Source: an uncultured Planctomycetaceae bacterium
GTDB lineage: Bacteria > Planctomycetota > Planctomycetia > Planctomycetales > Planctomycetaceae
Length of the DNA stretch: 64,000 nt
Assembly: GCA_963825075.1 (NCBI GenBank)
Contig: CAWGRX010000009.1
Coordinates: 152,188 to 216,187, forward strand
Reading direction: 5' to 3'
Shown here: in pieces, positions 40,714 through 51,913 of the stretch
Layout: the number at the start of each line of letters is the position of its first letter
How positions within the stretch are numbered: position 1 is the first letter of the stretch
Made by a program: the position numbers and the translations under genes
Notes under the pieces: model-generated
The model's input: the letters and a program-made list of their open reading frames with translations, nothing else
Told to the model about the DNA's origin: nothing
Databases searched by the model: none

Positions 40714-42474
40714 ATGGGTAAGTTAGGGAGATGGCCAACCATCCTTTTATTGCTGGGGATTTGCGCACCGGCATGGTTGATGGCCCAGGGGCCGAGGTCG
40801 GGGAAGCCACAGCTTCCCACCGTGTTCAATCCTTTTGAGAGCCAGGAAGCGCCGGCAACAACTCAGGCGCCTGCGCCGGAAGTCGGGAATCCCTTTGAGG
40901 AACTGGCCGCGGAACCGGCTCAGCCGGGCCGGGACGTGGAACGGCCTTCTCCGGTCCGGCTCAGTTCGGGCCGGCGCAAAGAATCGCCGGCTCCCGTTTC
41001 CGTTCAGCCGATCGGGAATCAGGAAGCGCCGGCCGAAGTGCGGATTCAAGTTCCCGGCCCCGCAGCGGGCGTCAACATCGGCCGCCGCGAAGCGACGCCT
41101 TACGTCAAAACTTACGAAAGCAAAACCCCCAGCATGACCGTGGACTGGGTCACTCCGGAAGTGGTCAGCGTGGGGCAGGAAGGCGATTTTGAACTGGTCC
41201 TCAGAAACCGGGGCGTGGCCACGATCAACGACATTGTGATCGAACAAGCTCTGCCGCGGGGTTTTCAACTGATCGATTCCCAGCCCAAGCCCGTGCAGTT
41301 GGAAAACCAGCCGGTATGGATGGTGAATCAATTGGAACCCAACCAGGAGCACCGCATTGCTCTGAGGCTCAAGCCGGTGGTCGCGGGGGAAGCCCTCAGC
41401 CAGGCCCGCGTGACCTTCAGCACCTATTCCAGCACGAAGCTGCGCGTCGTCGAACCCTTGCTGAAATTGGCGGCTGAGGGACCGGAATCGGTGATTCTGG
41501 GCAATCAAGCGGTGTTCAACGTGACCGTGGAAAACCCCGGCACCGCCGCGACGACCAACACGATTCTGAACGTCCAGTTCTCCGATGGGTTGGCCCCGCT
41601 CGCCAAGAGCACCACCTATGAAATCGGCACGCTGAATCCCGGCGAATCCCGCTCGATTCGCGTGTTGGCCAACATGGTGAAACTAGGCGATCATACCTGC
41701 CGGTTCTCCGTGATTGCAGACAACGGCTTGGACGAAGAGCAGGAACGCACCGTCCGCGGTCTGGGGGCCATTCTGGAAACCAAGATCGAAGGTCCGGACT
41801 TCCGCTACGTGGGCCGCCCGGCCACGTTCAAGATAGTCGCCGAGAACAACGGCACCGCCCCTGCGACCAACGCCCACGTGCGGTGTGCGGTTCCGCAGTC
41901 CTTCGGTTTCGTAGCCGCCAACGCCGGCGGAAAATACGACGCCGCCAGCAAAACAGTGAACTGGTTCGTCAATCAGGTCGAAGCCGGCGGCAAGGTGGAA
42001 GTCGAATGCGAACTGCGGGCTTTGGACCGTGGGGCATTCCCGGTGATGGCCTTGTCGTATGCCGATCGCGGACTCCGCTCCCTGGCCAAGCACGAAACCA
42101 AAGTGGAAGGCATCGCCGCCATTCTCCTGGAAGTCGTGGACATCGACGATCCGGTCGAAGTCGGAGCCGACACGGGTTATGAAATCCTCGTCACCAACCA
42201 AGGCACCGATTTCGCCACCAACATTCAAATCAACCTCGAAGTGCCGGATGGCATGGAAATCACCGGGGTGAAAGGTCCCACGGCAGGCACAATTGAAGAC
42301 GGGAAAGTCGTGTTCGCTCCGCTGGCCAAACTGGCTCCGCGGGCGGACGCCATCTACCGCGTGAAAATTCGCGGCCTGAAAGCGGGCGACTTCCGCGTGA
42401 CGGTCCACGCCAAGTCCGACACCTTGACATCCCAGGTCACCGAGCAGGAAAGCACGAAAGTCTATCAAGACTGA
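40714..42474 (+). CDS. secreted DUF11-type repeat (CARDB-like) surface protein
   Basis: Signal peptide. Pro/Ala-rich linker. Repeated beta-domain modules (TATNTILNVQFSDGLAPL; TNIQINLEVPDGMEITG). Confidence 0.6.
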   Translation: MGKLGRWPTILLLLGICAPAWLMAQGPRSGKPQLPTVFNPFESQEAPATTQAPAPEVGNPFEELAAEPAQPGRDVERPSPVRLSSGRRKESPAPVSVQPIGNQEAPAEVRIQVPGPAAGVNIGRREATPYVKTYESKTPSMTVDWVTPEVVSVGQEGDFELVLRNRGVATINDIVIEQALPRGFQLIDSQPKPVQLENQPVWMVNQLEPNQEHRIALRLKPVVAGEALSQARVTFSTYSSTKLRVVEPLLKLAAEGPESVILGNQAVFNVTVENPGTAATTNTILNVQFSDGLAPLAKSTTYEIGTLNPGESRSIRVLANMVKLGDHTCRFSVIADNGLDEEQERTVRGLGAILETKIEGPDFRYVGRPATFKIVAENNGTAPATNAHVRCAVPQSFGFVAANAGGKYDAASKTVNWFVNQVEAGGKVEVECELRALDRGAFPVMALSYADRGLRSLAKHETKVEGIAAILLEVVDIDDPVEVGADTGYEILVTNQGTDFATNIQINLEVPDGMEITGVKGPTAGTIEDGKVVFAPLAKLAPRADAIYRVKIRGLKAGDFRVTVHAKSDTLTSQVTEQESTKVYQD

Positions 42475-42499
42475 CGGCGAAATCTTGGCTTGAAATCCG

Positions 42500-42539
42500 A
42501 ATCGCCCCGGCATTTCCCCTGGAAGTGTCCGGGGCGATT
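42500..42539 (+). terminator. hairpin (11-bp perfect stem AATCGCCCCGG / CCGGGGCGATT) downstream of DUF11 gene
   Basis: Exact inverted repeat 26 nt after the stop. Weak T tract follows. Confidence 0.45.
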
Positions 42540-42829
42540 TCTGTTCAGGCGCAGGTTTTTCGAGGTCTCCAGAGAATTCTGAAGTTGCAAGTCCTTTTAT
42601 CATATAGGTTTTTGGAGATATTCCTCAGCAATCCTCCCCCGCGCAAAACGTGTCACACTGTATCCGCCTAAAAAGTCCCTACAACTGGAACAACTCCGAT
42701 ATGTGGTTTTTGCGGACCGGACTGGGCGGTTTCGGCCTATGCGGGTCATCTGGCTTTGACCAACGTTAGTAGATCTGCCGACAATTCTGGTGAAGACTGT
42801 TTTTAACACAATTTCACCAGGAGGGGGGA

Positions 42830-43399
42830 ATGATGAGGACTCTGCTGATCCTCGTTTGCACGATAAATCTGACGATGACGGGATGTAAAACGGGAACCAA
42901 ACACTCGTCCTGCGCGACGACGTGCGGGGTTCCCTGCGGAAGTTGTGCCCGCGTCGGCGCCGCGGCGGTGAGGCCCGCGCCGCATCCGCCCGTGGTTCCG
43001 GAGAAAAAGGCCGAGCCGATGCCCGTCAAGGAAATCAGCCATAGCAACAAAATCGCTAATCCCTTCACGCAGCCCGCCGCGCCGGAACCGAAGGAAATGC
43101 CCGTTCCCGAATACGCCCATGCCGGAAACTACGGCTGGTTGATCGGCGAACTCCAGCGAGTTCACGCACCGGGGCATGAATGGAAAATCCGCTATGCCCC
43201 CCTCGATCAGCACGATGAATGGGGCGGCAGCATGGTCCTCGCTCCCGATGTTCGCCTCGACGAATTTCAAAATGGCGACAAGGTGTATGTGGAAGGCGAA
43301 ATCCTCACCGCTCGGCCCAGCCTGTACCTCAGCGGCCCGTTGTACCGCGTCCGCATCCTCCGCCCGGCATCGGACATGGTCCGCGTTACCCGAAAGTAA
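42830..43399 (+). CDS. lipoprotein, hypothetical
   Basis: MMRTLLILVCTINLTMTGC lipobox. Cys/Pro-rich N-terminal region. Confidence 0.5.
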   Translation: MMRTLLILVCTINLTMTGCKTGTKHSSCATTCGVPCGSCARVGAAAVRPAPHPPVVPEKKAEPMPVKEISHSNKIANPFTQPAAPEPKEMPVPEYAHAGNYGWLIGELQRVHAPGHEWKIRYAPLDQHDEWGGSMVLAPDVRLDEFQNGDKVYVEGEILTARPSLYLSGPLYRVRILRPASDMVRVTRK

Positions 43400-43520
43400 C
43401 CTCTGCCTGGAATCCCGCCAGCAACCCATCCCGCCCCCCGGTGTGCATCCGAATCACACCGGGGGATTTTTTATGAATAGAACGGGCCATTCGCGGCAGC
43501 CAAGTGGCGTCTGTCGTTCG

Positions 43521-43922
43521 TCAAGACGGATGAGAGACCGACGACAAAGCCGCGAGAACCAGCCAGACCCACAAAATCATCCCTAAACAGCCCGATCCCG
43601 ACGCCGCCGGAATCCCATGCTTAGCGGCGATTGCTTCCACGCTTTCCTTGGCCTCTTTCAAGCCGGCTTGGGCGTGGTCCCGGTAGAGCTTGATGGCTTC
43701 GAGTTTTCGCCCCTGCTCCAACAAGGTGACAATTTCCCCTTCAACGTAGCCCGGATCACCTCGCTCGATTTGAGGCATCTCGCCGTCCTCAGCCAATGCC
43801 TCAACGGCCTCCTTCGCCTCGTTCAAACCGACGCCAAATTCTTCCCGGTAGCGTTTGATCGCCTCGATCTTTCGCCCCTCAGCCAGGAGGGTCTTCAGTT
43901 CCGTTGCGAACGCATTATCCAT
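43521..43922 (-). CDS. protein with two ribosomal L7/L12 C-terminal-domain-like repeats and a C-terminal TM anchor
   Basis: KIEAIKRYREEFGVGLNEAKEAVEA and KLEAIKLYRDHAQAGLKEAKESVEA, then hydrophobic LGMILWVWLVLAAL. Confidence 0.5.
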   Translation of the reverse strand: MDNAFATELKTLLAEGRKIEAIKRYREEFGVGLNEAKEAVEALAEDGEMPQIERGDPGYVEGEIVTLLEQGRKLEAIKLYRDHAQAGLKEAKESVEAIAAKHGIPAASGSGCLGMILWVWLVLAALSSVSHPS

Positions 43923-44222
43923 AGGACCTTCCTTCTTCACAGCCGCACCGCCAGGGGCAAACCAAGGGGAGAGGAAACACAACCAGGCTTTCGCAGAATC
44001 CCCCTGGCGTTCGTGGATCGGGCTTTAGTTTAGAGTCGTTCGAGAAATAACTGAGCGGAATGGCGCTCGCCACCGGTTCGGGAAACCCGCACGACCTTTA
44101 GCCGGATCTCATCTCCTATGCTACTAGGATCTCGATCTGGAATCATCTATAATCGCAAATGGAATGCAATCCAAGTCTGCGTTCCTTCCCCGCCTGATTT
44201 TGACCCTCCTCGTTAGCCCACC

Positions 44223-46880
44223 GTGTGCGATATGTTTGGTCCGTTTGCTGTTCGCTGCTGCTGGTTTGCCTTGGGCGTGTGGTCGGCCGCGACTGTTGTC
44301 GGGGCGGAAGATCGCGAGCGCGAAACGTTTTTCGAGAAGCAAATCCGGCCGCTGTTGGCGAAGAGTTGTTTTGAATGCCACGGACCGAAAAAACAGCAGG
44401 CCGGACTGCGGTTGGATTCCCGCGAGTTGATGCTCAAGGGCAACGAAAATGGACCCGCCGTCGTCGCGGGTAAAGCCGATGAAAGCCGGCTGCTACAGGT
44501 CGTCCGCTACGAGGAAGGCGACATCCAGATGCCTCCCGCCGGCAAACTGCCCGCCGCGGAACTGGCCCGGTTGGAAAAGTGGATTGAGGACGGGGCTTAC
44601 TGGCCGAATTCGTCGCGGCCTATCAAACCGGATTCCAACCAAGCCGACGATGAAGACTGGAAACAGCATTGGGCGTTTCAACCGATTCATCGGCCCGAAC
44701 TGCCCGCCGTCAAACAGTCCGCCTGGCCTAAGTCGCCTGTGGATTTTTTCATTCTTTCGCGATTGGAGAACCACGAGCTGGTTCCCGCCCCCGAAGCGGA
44801 CCGCCGAACCTGGCTCCGGCGGGTGACCTTCGATTTGACCGGCCTGCCGCCCACGATGGAGGAGATGAAAGCCTTCGAGTCCGACCGCTCGGCCGGGGCT
44901 TATGAAGAGGTGGTCAATCGCTTGCTGGCGTCGCCGCGGTATGGCGAACGCTGGGCGAGGTATTGGCTGGACATCGCCCGCTATGCGGACACCAAAGGCT
45001 ATGTGTTTCAGGAAGACCGCAACTATCCCAAGGCCTACACCTATCGCGATTGGGTGATCCAGGCTCTGAACAGCGACATGCCGTTCGACCGGTTCATTAA
45101 GTACCAATTGGCGGCCGACCAATATGTTGACGAATCGAACCAGACTGAACTCGCCGCGATGGGTTTTTTGACGTTGGGCCGGCGGTTTTTGAACAATCGG
45201 CACGACATCATCGACGACCGCATTGACGTTACCACGCGGGGCTTGATGGGACTGACCGTGGGCTGTGCGAGATGCCACGATCACAAATACGATCCGATCC
45301 CCTCGGCCGACTATTATTCGCTGTACGGCGTGTTTGCGTCGAGCGACGAGCCGAAGGACGGGCCTTATCCCCTGCGGTTGGTGGATGACAAAAAGCCTCG
45401 CGACCCCTATGTGTTTTTACGGGGCAGCCCGTCCAATCGTGGGCCGCGGGTGCCTCGCCGGTTTTTGCTCTGCGTGGCGGGGGAAGACCGAAAGCCATTC
45501 ACCCAAGGCAGCGGCCGCAAGGAATTGGCCGAGGCCGTCGCGTCGCCGGATAATCCATTGACGGCCCGCGTGATGGTCAACCGCGTCTGGGGACATCTGT
45601 TCGGAAGTCATTTGGTGGATACGCCCAGCGACTTCGGCCGCCGGAGTTCGCCGCCCACGCATCCTGAACTCTTGGATTGGCTGGCGAGCGACTTCATCGA
45701 GCACGGCTGGTCGCTCAAACATCTGCATCGGCAAATCGTGCTCTCGGCGGCATATCGGCAATCCTCCGCGCTCCCGGCCCCGCGCAAACAGGACGGCACC
45801 TTCGCCTCTAAAACTTTCGATGTCGATAACACCTTGTATTGGCGGATGAACCGCCGCCGGCTGGATTTTGAGGCCCTGCGAGACGCGACGCTCGCGGTCA
45901 GCGGGCAGTTGGCCCTCGCGATGGGCGGGCCTTCGGTGAACATCGAAACGCCGCCTTTCGCGAATCGGCGGACGGTTTACAGCTTCATTGATCGCCAAAA
46001 CCTGCCGGGCCTGTTTCGCACGTTCGATTTCGCCAGCCCCGACACGCACAGCCCCAAACGCTATAGCACCACGGTCCCGCAGCAGGGCTTGTTCTTGTTG
46101 AACAGCCCCTTCCTGATGCAACAGGCCGTGCATCTCGCGGAGCGGTCGCGGATGGAGAATGAGAAAGAAAATACCGTTGCCCGCATCGTCAAGTTGTATC
46201 ATCTGTGCTTAGCCCGCGAACCTTCCGCGGAGGAATTGGCCTTGGCCCGCGCGTTTCTTCAAGCGGCCCGGCCCGACGAAGTCAAAGAGACGGACAACAG
46301 CCCGTGGACTTATGGGTATGGTGCCTTCGACGAGAAGACCCAGCGCGTGACGGAGTTTCGCCCTTTGCCGCATTGGGCAGGCTCCGCCTGGCAGGGCGGG
46401 CCGAAGTTGCCCGATCCGAACTTAGGCTGGGCGACGTTGAATGCCGACGGCGGCCATCCCGCCCAGCAATTCGCCGTCATCCGCCGCTGGAAGGCTCCCG
46501 AAGATGGAACGCTTTCAATCCGCGGCTTCCTCAAACATTCCGAAAAGCGAGGCAACGGCGTGCGAGCCACAATTTCTTTGAACGGTCAGGAACCGATCCA
46601 GACCTGGACGGTTCACGACTCGCAAACACGAACGCAATCGGAACCGCTGCCGGTGAAAGCCGGCGATCGTGTGGATTTCGTCGTCGATTGCCAAAGTGAC
46701 ATCGGTTTCGATTCGTTCCAATGGTCGGTATCGCTCCGCTTGACAACTTCTTCTAACGGCGGAGAGATCACGGCGCGTTCCAAAGAAGACTTCCGCGGAC
46801 CGGCACCGGCTTCGCTCTCGGCCTGGCAGCGATACGCCCAGGTGCTCTTGCTCTCCAACGAGTTCGCCTTCGTGGATTAG
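44223..46880 (+). CDS. PSCyt1/DUF1549/DUF1553 (PSD1) protein
   Basis: KSCFECHGPKKQQAGLRLDS (haem-binding-like). DUF1553-like CARCHDHKYDPIPSADYYSLYGVFAS. Followed directly by a DUF1501 gene. Confidence 0.85.
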   Translation: MCDMFGPFAVRCCWFALGVWSAATVVGAEDRERETFFEKQIRPLLAKSCFECHGPKKQQAGLRLDSRELMLKGNENGPAVVAGKADESRLLQVVRYEEGDIQMPPAGKLPAAELARLEKWIEDGAYWPNSSRPIKPDSNQADDEDWKQHWAFQPIHRPELPAVKQSAWPKSPVDFFILSRLENHELVPAPEADRRTWLRRVTFDLTGLPPTMEEMKAFESDRSAGAYEEVVNRLLASPRYGERWARYWLDIARYADTKGYVFQEDRNYPKAYTYRDWVIQALNSDMPFDRFIKYQLAADQYVDESNQTELAAMGFLTLGRRFLNNRHDIIDDRIDVTTRGLMGLTVGCARCHDHKYDPIPSADYYSLYGVFASSDEPKDGPYPLRLVDDKKPRDPYVFLRGSPSNRGPRVPRRFLLCVAGEDRKPFTQGSGRKELAEAVASPDNPLTARVMVNRVWGHLFGSHLVDTPSDFGRRSSPPTHPELLDWLASDFIEHGWSLKHLHRQIVLSAAYRQSSALPAPRKQDGTFASKTFDVDNTLYWRMNRRRLDFEALRDATLAVSGQLALAMGGPSVNIETPPFANRRTVYSFIDRQNLPGLFRTFDFASPDTHSPKRYSTTVPQQGLFLLNSPFLMQQAVHLAERSRMENEKENTVARIVKLYHLCLAREPSAEELALARAFLQAARPDEVKETDNSPWTYGYGAFDEKTQRVTEFRPLPHWAGSAWQGGPKLPDPNLGWATLNADGGHPAQQFAVIRRWKAPEDGTLSIRGFLKHSEKRGNGVRATISLNGQEPIQTWTVHDSQTRTQSEPLPVKAGDRVDFVVDCQSDIGFDSFQWSVSLRLTTSSNGGEITARSKEDFRGPAPASLSAWQRYAQVLLLSNEFAFVD

Positions 46881-46961
46881 CTTTTTGGCGGGTTTATTAT
46901 GCGGAGCTTCGCTTCCCAATCAGGCCCATCATCAACAGAGAATCAGCAACAAGGATCAGGC

Positions 46962-48405
46962 ATGTTACAACAACCGATCAATCGCCGCGAAATGCTTTCC
47001 CGCAGCGGCATGGGTTTTGGATCGCTGGCTCTCGCCCAGTTGCTCCAAAACACGGGGGCTTTGGTTCAAAGTCGAAAGGCGGACGCGGGAATCCGCGGCC
47101 CCAATCCGCTGGCTCCCAAACCCGCCCATTTTCCTTCGCGGATCAAGCACGTCATTCATCTGTTTATGAACGGGGGCCCTTCGCACGTCGATACCTTCGA
47201 TCCCAAGCCGATGTTGCAAAAATATGCGGGGAAGGAACTGCCGAACGGGAACCTCCGCACCGAGCGACCCACAGGAGCCGCGTTCCCTTCGCCTTTCAAA
47301 TTTCAAAAACACGGCGAGAGCGGCATCGAGGTCAGCGAACTCTTTCCGCACGTGGCCCAGTGCGTGGACGACCTGGCGGTGATTCGCTCGATGCACGCCG
47401 ACGTCCCCAACCACGAGCCGTCGCTCCTGTTGATGAACTGCGGCGAAGCCCGCTTGATCCGGCCGAGCTTGGGTTCCTGGCTGACGTATGGCCTGGGCAG
47501 CGAGAACCAAAACCTGCCGGCGTTCATTGCGATGTGTCCCGGCGGTTATCCGATCCAGGAATCGCAGAACTGGCAATCGGGATTTCTGCCGGGGATTTAT
47601 CAGGGGACCTACATCGACACCAAACACACTGCGATCGACAAGCTCATCGCCCACATCAAAAACGACCGCGTCTCCAGGGCCGACCAACGCCGGCAGTTGG
47701 ATTTGCTGTCGGCTCTTAACGAACGGCATCAAGACCGGCGGCCGAACGATCCCGAACTCGACGCCCGCATTCAATCCTTTGAGCTCGCTTACCGCATGCA
47801 GCAGGAGGCGGCCGAAGCTTTTGATGTCTCGCGGGAACCCAAGCACATTCAAGACATGTACGGCCCCGGCACGCAGGCTCGGCAGATTTTGATCGCCCGG
47901 CGGCTCGTGGAGCGAGGCGTCCGTTTCGTGCAGGTTTGGCATGGCCAGGGCCAGCCTTGGGACAGCCACGATGACATTGAAATCAATCACCGCCGGCTGG
48001 CCCGCGAATGCGACCAGGCGATCGGGGCCTTGATCACGGATCTCAAACAGCGCGGGATGCTTGGAAGAAACGTTGATTATCTGGGGCGGCGAGTTCGGCC
48101 GCACCCCCGCCGTCGAACTGCCCAAAAAAGGCAGCAACCAGGGCAAAGTCAACGGCCGGGACCACAACCATTACGGCTTTACGATGTGGCTCGCCGGCGG
48201 CGGCGTGAAAGCCGGGACTGTTTACGGAGCCACCGACGAGTTCGGCTTCAAAGCCGTGGAGAACCGCGTGCACGTTCACGATCTGCACGCGACGCTTCTC
48301 CGGCTGATCGGCTTCGATCACGAACGCTTCACCTACCGCTACGCCGGCCGCGATTTCCGCCTGACCGACGTCCACGGCCGCGTGATCGAAGACCTCATCG
48401 CCTAA
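46962..48405 (+). CDS. DUF1501 domain protein, TAT signal, frameshifted near 48060
   Basis: [20 protein letters not shown]. The C-terminus [15 protein letters not shown]...[15 protein letters not shown] lies in ORF 48061..48405, out of frame with ORF 46899..48602. Confidence 0.85.
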
Positions 48406-48664
48406 CGGCCCGCCACGATAAGGTGCAAGAGCGTGATTTGAAATCCGCTTCAATGGTCGCCCGGCGAGCCGAGCGGCGTAAGCCGCCGGGTTCGTCCTTC
48501 ACCCGGCCGCTTACGCGTCTCGGCCCGCCAGTCAAAACACGTTCTCATCGCCCGCGAAAACTCCTGCGGAATTGCCACACGCTGCGCCTCGGTTTACCAT
48601 GAACGTTTCCGGGGCTTTCTCCGAATTTGCCCTGGGCGATTTTTCCGAACTTTAACGAATAGGA

Positions 48665-49951
48665 ATGAAGATGATGGATGCACCAAACGTGTCTCGGCGG
48701 TCTTTTCTTTATACGGCGGGAGCCGCGGGCTTGGCGACGGCGGGCATGACCGCTGCGAGCTACGGGCGGGTGCTGGGTGCCAACTCGCGGATTCGCGTGG
48801 GCTTTATCGGAGCCGGCGGGATGGGGACCAATCATCTCAACGCCCATAAGCGCCTCAAGGAGACGAACAACCTCGAATCCATCGCCGTCGCCGACTGCTG
48901 GAAAAAACGCGCCGAAGAAGGGGCCGCCCGCATCGGGGCCAAGCTGGCTTTCACCGATTACCGCAAGGTGCTGGAGATTGCAGACATCGACTACGTGACC
49001 ATCGCCACGCCGGAGCATTGGCATTCCACGATGACGATGGACGCGATGGACGCCGGCAAAGCGGTGTACTGCGAAAAGCCGATGACGCACAGCATCCCGC
49101 AGGGTCTCGCCGTGATGAAAAAGCAAAAGGAAACCGGCAGGCCTTTGCAAGTCGGCGTGCAGGCCATGTCGGACGACAGCTACAGCTCCGCCGCGAAAGC
49201 CATCGAAGAGGGCGTGTTGGGGCAGGTCGTTCAGGCCCAGATCGAATACGTCCGCCGGTACGACACGCAAGGGCCTTGGCGAAGTCGGCCTCCGCTCAAA
49301 GATGACATGCCCAAACCCTCCGACCTGAATTGGGACGATTGGCTCGGCCATGCTCCCAAAGTGGCTTGGAATCCGCATCACTATTTTGAATGGCGATGCT
49401 ACGCGGCATATTCCGGCGGGATTGCGACGGACCTGTTCATCCACCGCATCACTCGGATTATGAAAGCCTGCAAGCTGCAATTCCCCCGCCGGGTTGCGGG
49501 GATGGGAGGCATCTGGCAATGGCCCGACGGCCGGGATCTCCCGGACAACTTCGAGATGATCTGCGAATACCCGCGGGGGATGACGGTCTATGTCCTGGGC
49601 ACGATGTCGAACCGCGTGGGCGTCGATCACCTGATCCGCGGCTATCGCGGCACGCTGTACTTCACCGGCTCCGGCTGGGTTGCCAAGGATAAAGACGGCC
49701 AGGTCCTCGCCGAGCACAAAAAGACCGGCGGCGAAGACATCCATCTGCATCACACCAACCTGCACAACCACCTCAGAAACGGCGAGCCGCTGAATTGCCC
49801 GGTGGAACTCGGCATGGCCGGCGTGGCCGCGGTCAACATGGCCAACGAGTCCTGGCGTTCGGGCCGCATGATGGGCTGGGACGAAGCCAAACAAGAAATG
49901 GTCCCGGCCGATACGCTGGATTTTAATCCCGTCCCGGAAAAACAAACGTAA
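48665..49951 (+). CDS. Gfo/Idh/MocA family oxidoreductase with TAT signal
   Basis: SRRSFLYTAGAAGLA. Rossmann motif VGFIGAGGMG. EHWH motif. Confidence 0.85.
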   Translation: MKMMDAPNVSRRSFLYTAGAAGLATAGMTAASYGRVLGANSRIRVGFIGAGGMGTNHLNAHKRLKETNNLESIAVADCWKKRAEEGAARIGAKLAFTDYRKVLEIADIDYVTIATPEHWHSTMTMDAMDAGKAVYCEKPMTHSIPQGLAVMKKQKETGRPLQVGVQAMSDDSYSSAAKAIEEGVLGQVVQAQIEYVRRYDTQGPWRSRPPLKDDMPKPSDLNWDDWLGHAPKVAWNPHHYFEWRCYAAYSGGIATDLFIHRITRIMKACKLQFPRRVAGMGGIWQWPDGRDLPDNFEMICEYPRGMTVYVLGTMSNRVGVDHLIRGYRGTLYFTGSGWVAKDKDGQVLAEHKKTGGEDIHLHHTNLHNHLRNGEPLNCPVELGMAGVAAVNMANESWRSGRMMGWDEAKQEMVPADTLDFNPVPEKQT

Positions 49952-50146
49952 AAACGTAAAGGCGAGCGGCCGGCGTAAGCCGGCTGGTTAGTGAGTACCT
50001 GCGTTAGACTCCGATTTTGAAAAACACAACCAAATCCCACAGCCGGCACGGAGGCCCAATACGGCGGACGTGCCGGTTGAATTCATTTCCAAATCGCACT
50101 GAACTCTCTCCTCACTTTTTCGTTTCCATTCAGAAAGGGAGCAGTC

Positions 50147-50671
50147 ATGGGATTGTGGTCCAAGATCAAAGGCTGGTTGAACATCGGCGGCGTGAGCGTC
50201 AAGATCGTCGAAGTGGAGAATCCGTTCCCCGAAGAAGACTCGGCGCTCCAAGGCACGTTCCGATTGACCACGAAGTCCGACAAAACAATTCTCAGCACCC
50301 AGGTGGAATTCTTCGCGGAGGAAACCAAAAAAGAAGGCGAGGAGGAAACGACCGAAAAGACCGTATTCAGCAGCCAAAATACGGCGAACCAAATCGTCCA
50401 GACCGATTATCCGTTCGAGCTGAAAGCCGGGGAATCGAAAGACATCTTTTTCATGTTGATGGACATCGACCTGGGCGGATTCGTGGGCCGATTGGCCAAG
50501 AAAGGCGGCGTGATCGGGGCCGTGGGCAAGATGGCCAAGTTCGCCGGCAAACTCGACGACGGCGAGATCAAATACTACGTGGAAGTCACCGCCGACGTGC
50601 AGGGAACGCCCTTCGACCCGACCGACAAAGTCGAAATCAAAGTCGTCCCCGGCGCTTCAAAATCTTCCTGA
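50147..50671 (+). CDS. Spo0M-like (sporulation-control protein, arrestin-like fold) N-terminal domain protein
   Basis: N-terminus MGLWSKIKGWLNIGGVSVKIVEV resembles the Spo0M start (KxxLxxxGIGGAKVD). Beta-rich, 174 aa. Confidence 0.45.
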   Translation: MGLWSKIKGWLNIGGVSVKIVEVENPFPEEDSALQGTFRLTTKSDKTILSTQVEFFAEETKKEGEEETTEKTVFSSQNTANQIVQTDYPFELKAGESKDIFFMLMDIDLGGFVGRLAKKGGVIGAVGKMAKFAGKLDDGEIKYYVEVTADVQGTPFDPTDKVEIKVVPGASKSS

Positions 50672-50697
50672 AAAGTAAGAGGGATCGCTTTTAAGAA

Positions 50698-51817
50698 TTG
50701 TTCGATATGGCGCGTGAGGAGATTTTTGCGGCGAGTTTGGACTTTTTCTTGAGTCCGATCGCCACTTATCTGCATGATGACTCCGTGACCGAAGTGATGG
50801 TCAACGGGTTCGATGAGGTTTACATCGAACGCAAAGGCCGATTGGAGGAAACGGACGCCAAGTTTCCCAGCGAGGATGCCCTGCTCTCGGCGGTGCACAA
50901 TGTGGCGCAGTACGTGGGGCGGGAGATTGATGCGGATCGGCCGGTGCTCGATGCCCGTTTACCCGACGGTTCGCGGGTGCACGCTGTCATTCCGCCGAGC
51001 ACCCGGCGGGGCACGTATTTGACGATCCGCAAATTTCTCCGCGACATCCTGGGCCTGGAGGATTTCGTGCGGATGGGCAGCCTGTCCGAGTCGGCCAAGG
51101 AGTTCTTGGAACTCTGCGTTCGTCTGCGGAAGAACATCGTCGTCTCCGGCGGCACGGGCACCGGGAAGACGACGTTCCTCAATGCGCTGTCCTCCGCGAT
51201 TCCCGAAGAGGAACGCATCGTGGTTATCGAGGACAGTTCCGAACTTAGGCTGTCGCAGAAACATTCTCTCTATCTGGAATCGCAACAAGCCGACGCCTTC
51301 GGCCACGGGGCGCTGTCGATTCGGGACTTGTTCAAAGCCTCGCTGCGGATGCGGCCGGACCGGATTATCGTGGGCGAAGTCCGCTCAGGCGAAGCCCTCG
51401 ATATGGTGCAGTCCATGATCAGCGGGCACTCCGGCAGCATGACCACCGTGCACGCCAACTCCGCCCACGATGCGATGGTCCGGCTGGAAACGCTCTCGCT
51501 GATGTCCGACGTGGAACTTCCGGTGTACGTGGCCCGCGCAGGTGGCCTCGGCGATCGAACTGGTCGTGCAGCTCACGCGGTACGTCGAGGACGGCTCGCG
51601 AAAAGTCAGCCGGATCACCGAATGCCGACGTTTGGACGAACGAGATCGATTTCAATTTGCGGATCTCTTCGTCTCGCATCTCACCGGCCGGACTCCTCAA
51701 GGCCAATTGATTGCGGAACTCAAACCGACGGGCGAAAAGCCGTTGTTCTCAAAAGAAGCCGCCGAGCACGGTTTGCTGGATCAAATTCACCACTCCGCCG
51801 GCTTGTGGGACCGCTGA
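50698..51817 (+). CDS. CpaF/TadA/VirB11-family secretion ATPase, frameshifted near 51538
   Basis: Walker A GGTGTGKTT. Asp box IVVIEDSSEL. Walker B DRIIVGEVR. His box GHSGSMTTVHANS. The C-terminus continues in ORF 51542..51817. Confidence 0.85.
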
Positions 51818-51845
51818 ACGCCGGGTTTTCGCTGGTTGACAATCA

Positions 51846-51884
51846 TTGACAAATTGTCTATGCTCATCATAGACAGTTTGTCAA
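51846..51884. promoter_or_regulatory. BlaI-type operator palindrome overlapping putative -35 elements
   Basis: TTGACAAATTGTCTATG-ctcat-CATAGACAGTTTGTCAA (16/17 inverted match) 30 bp upstream of the BlaI-family gene. Preceded by a second TTGACA. Confidence 0.6.
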
Positions 51885-51913
51885 TAAGGAGTACAGACGA
51901 AGAGTGAAGGCCG

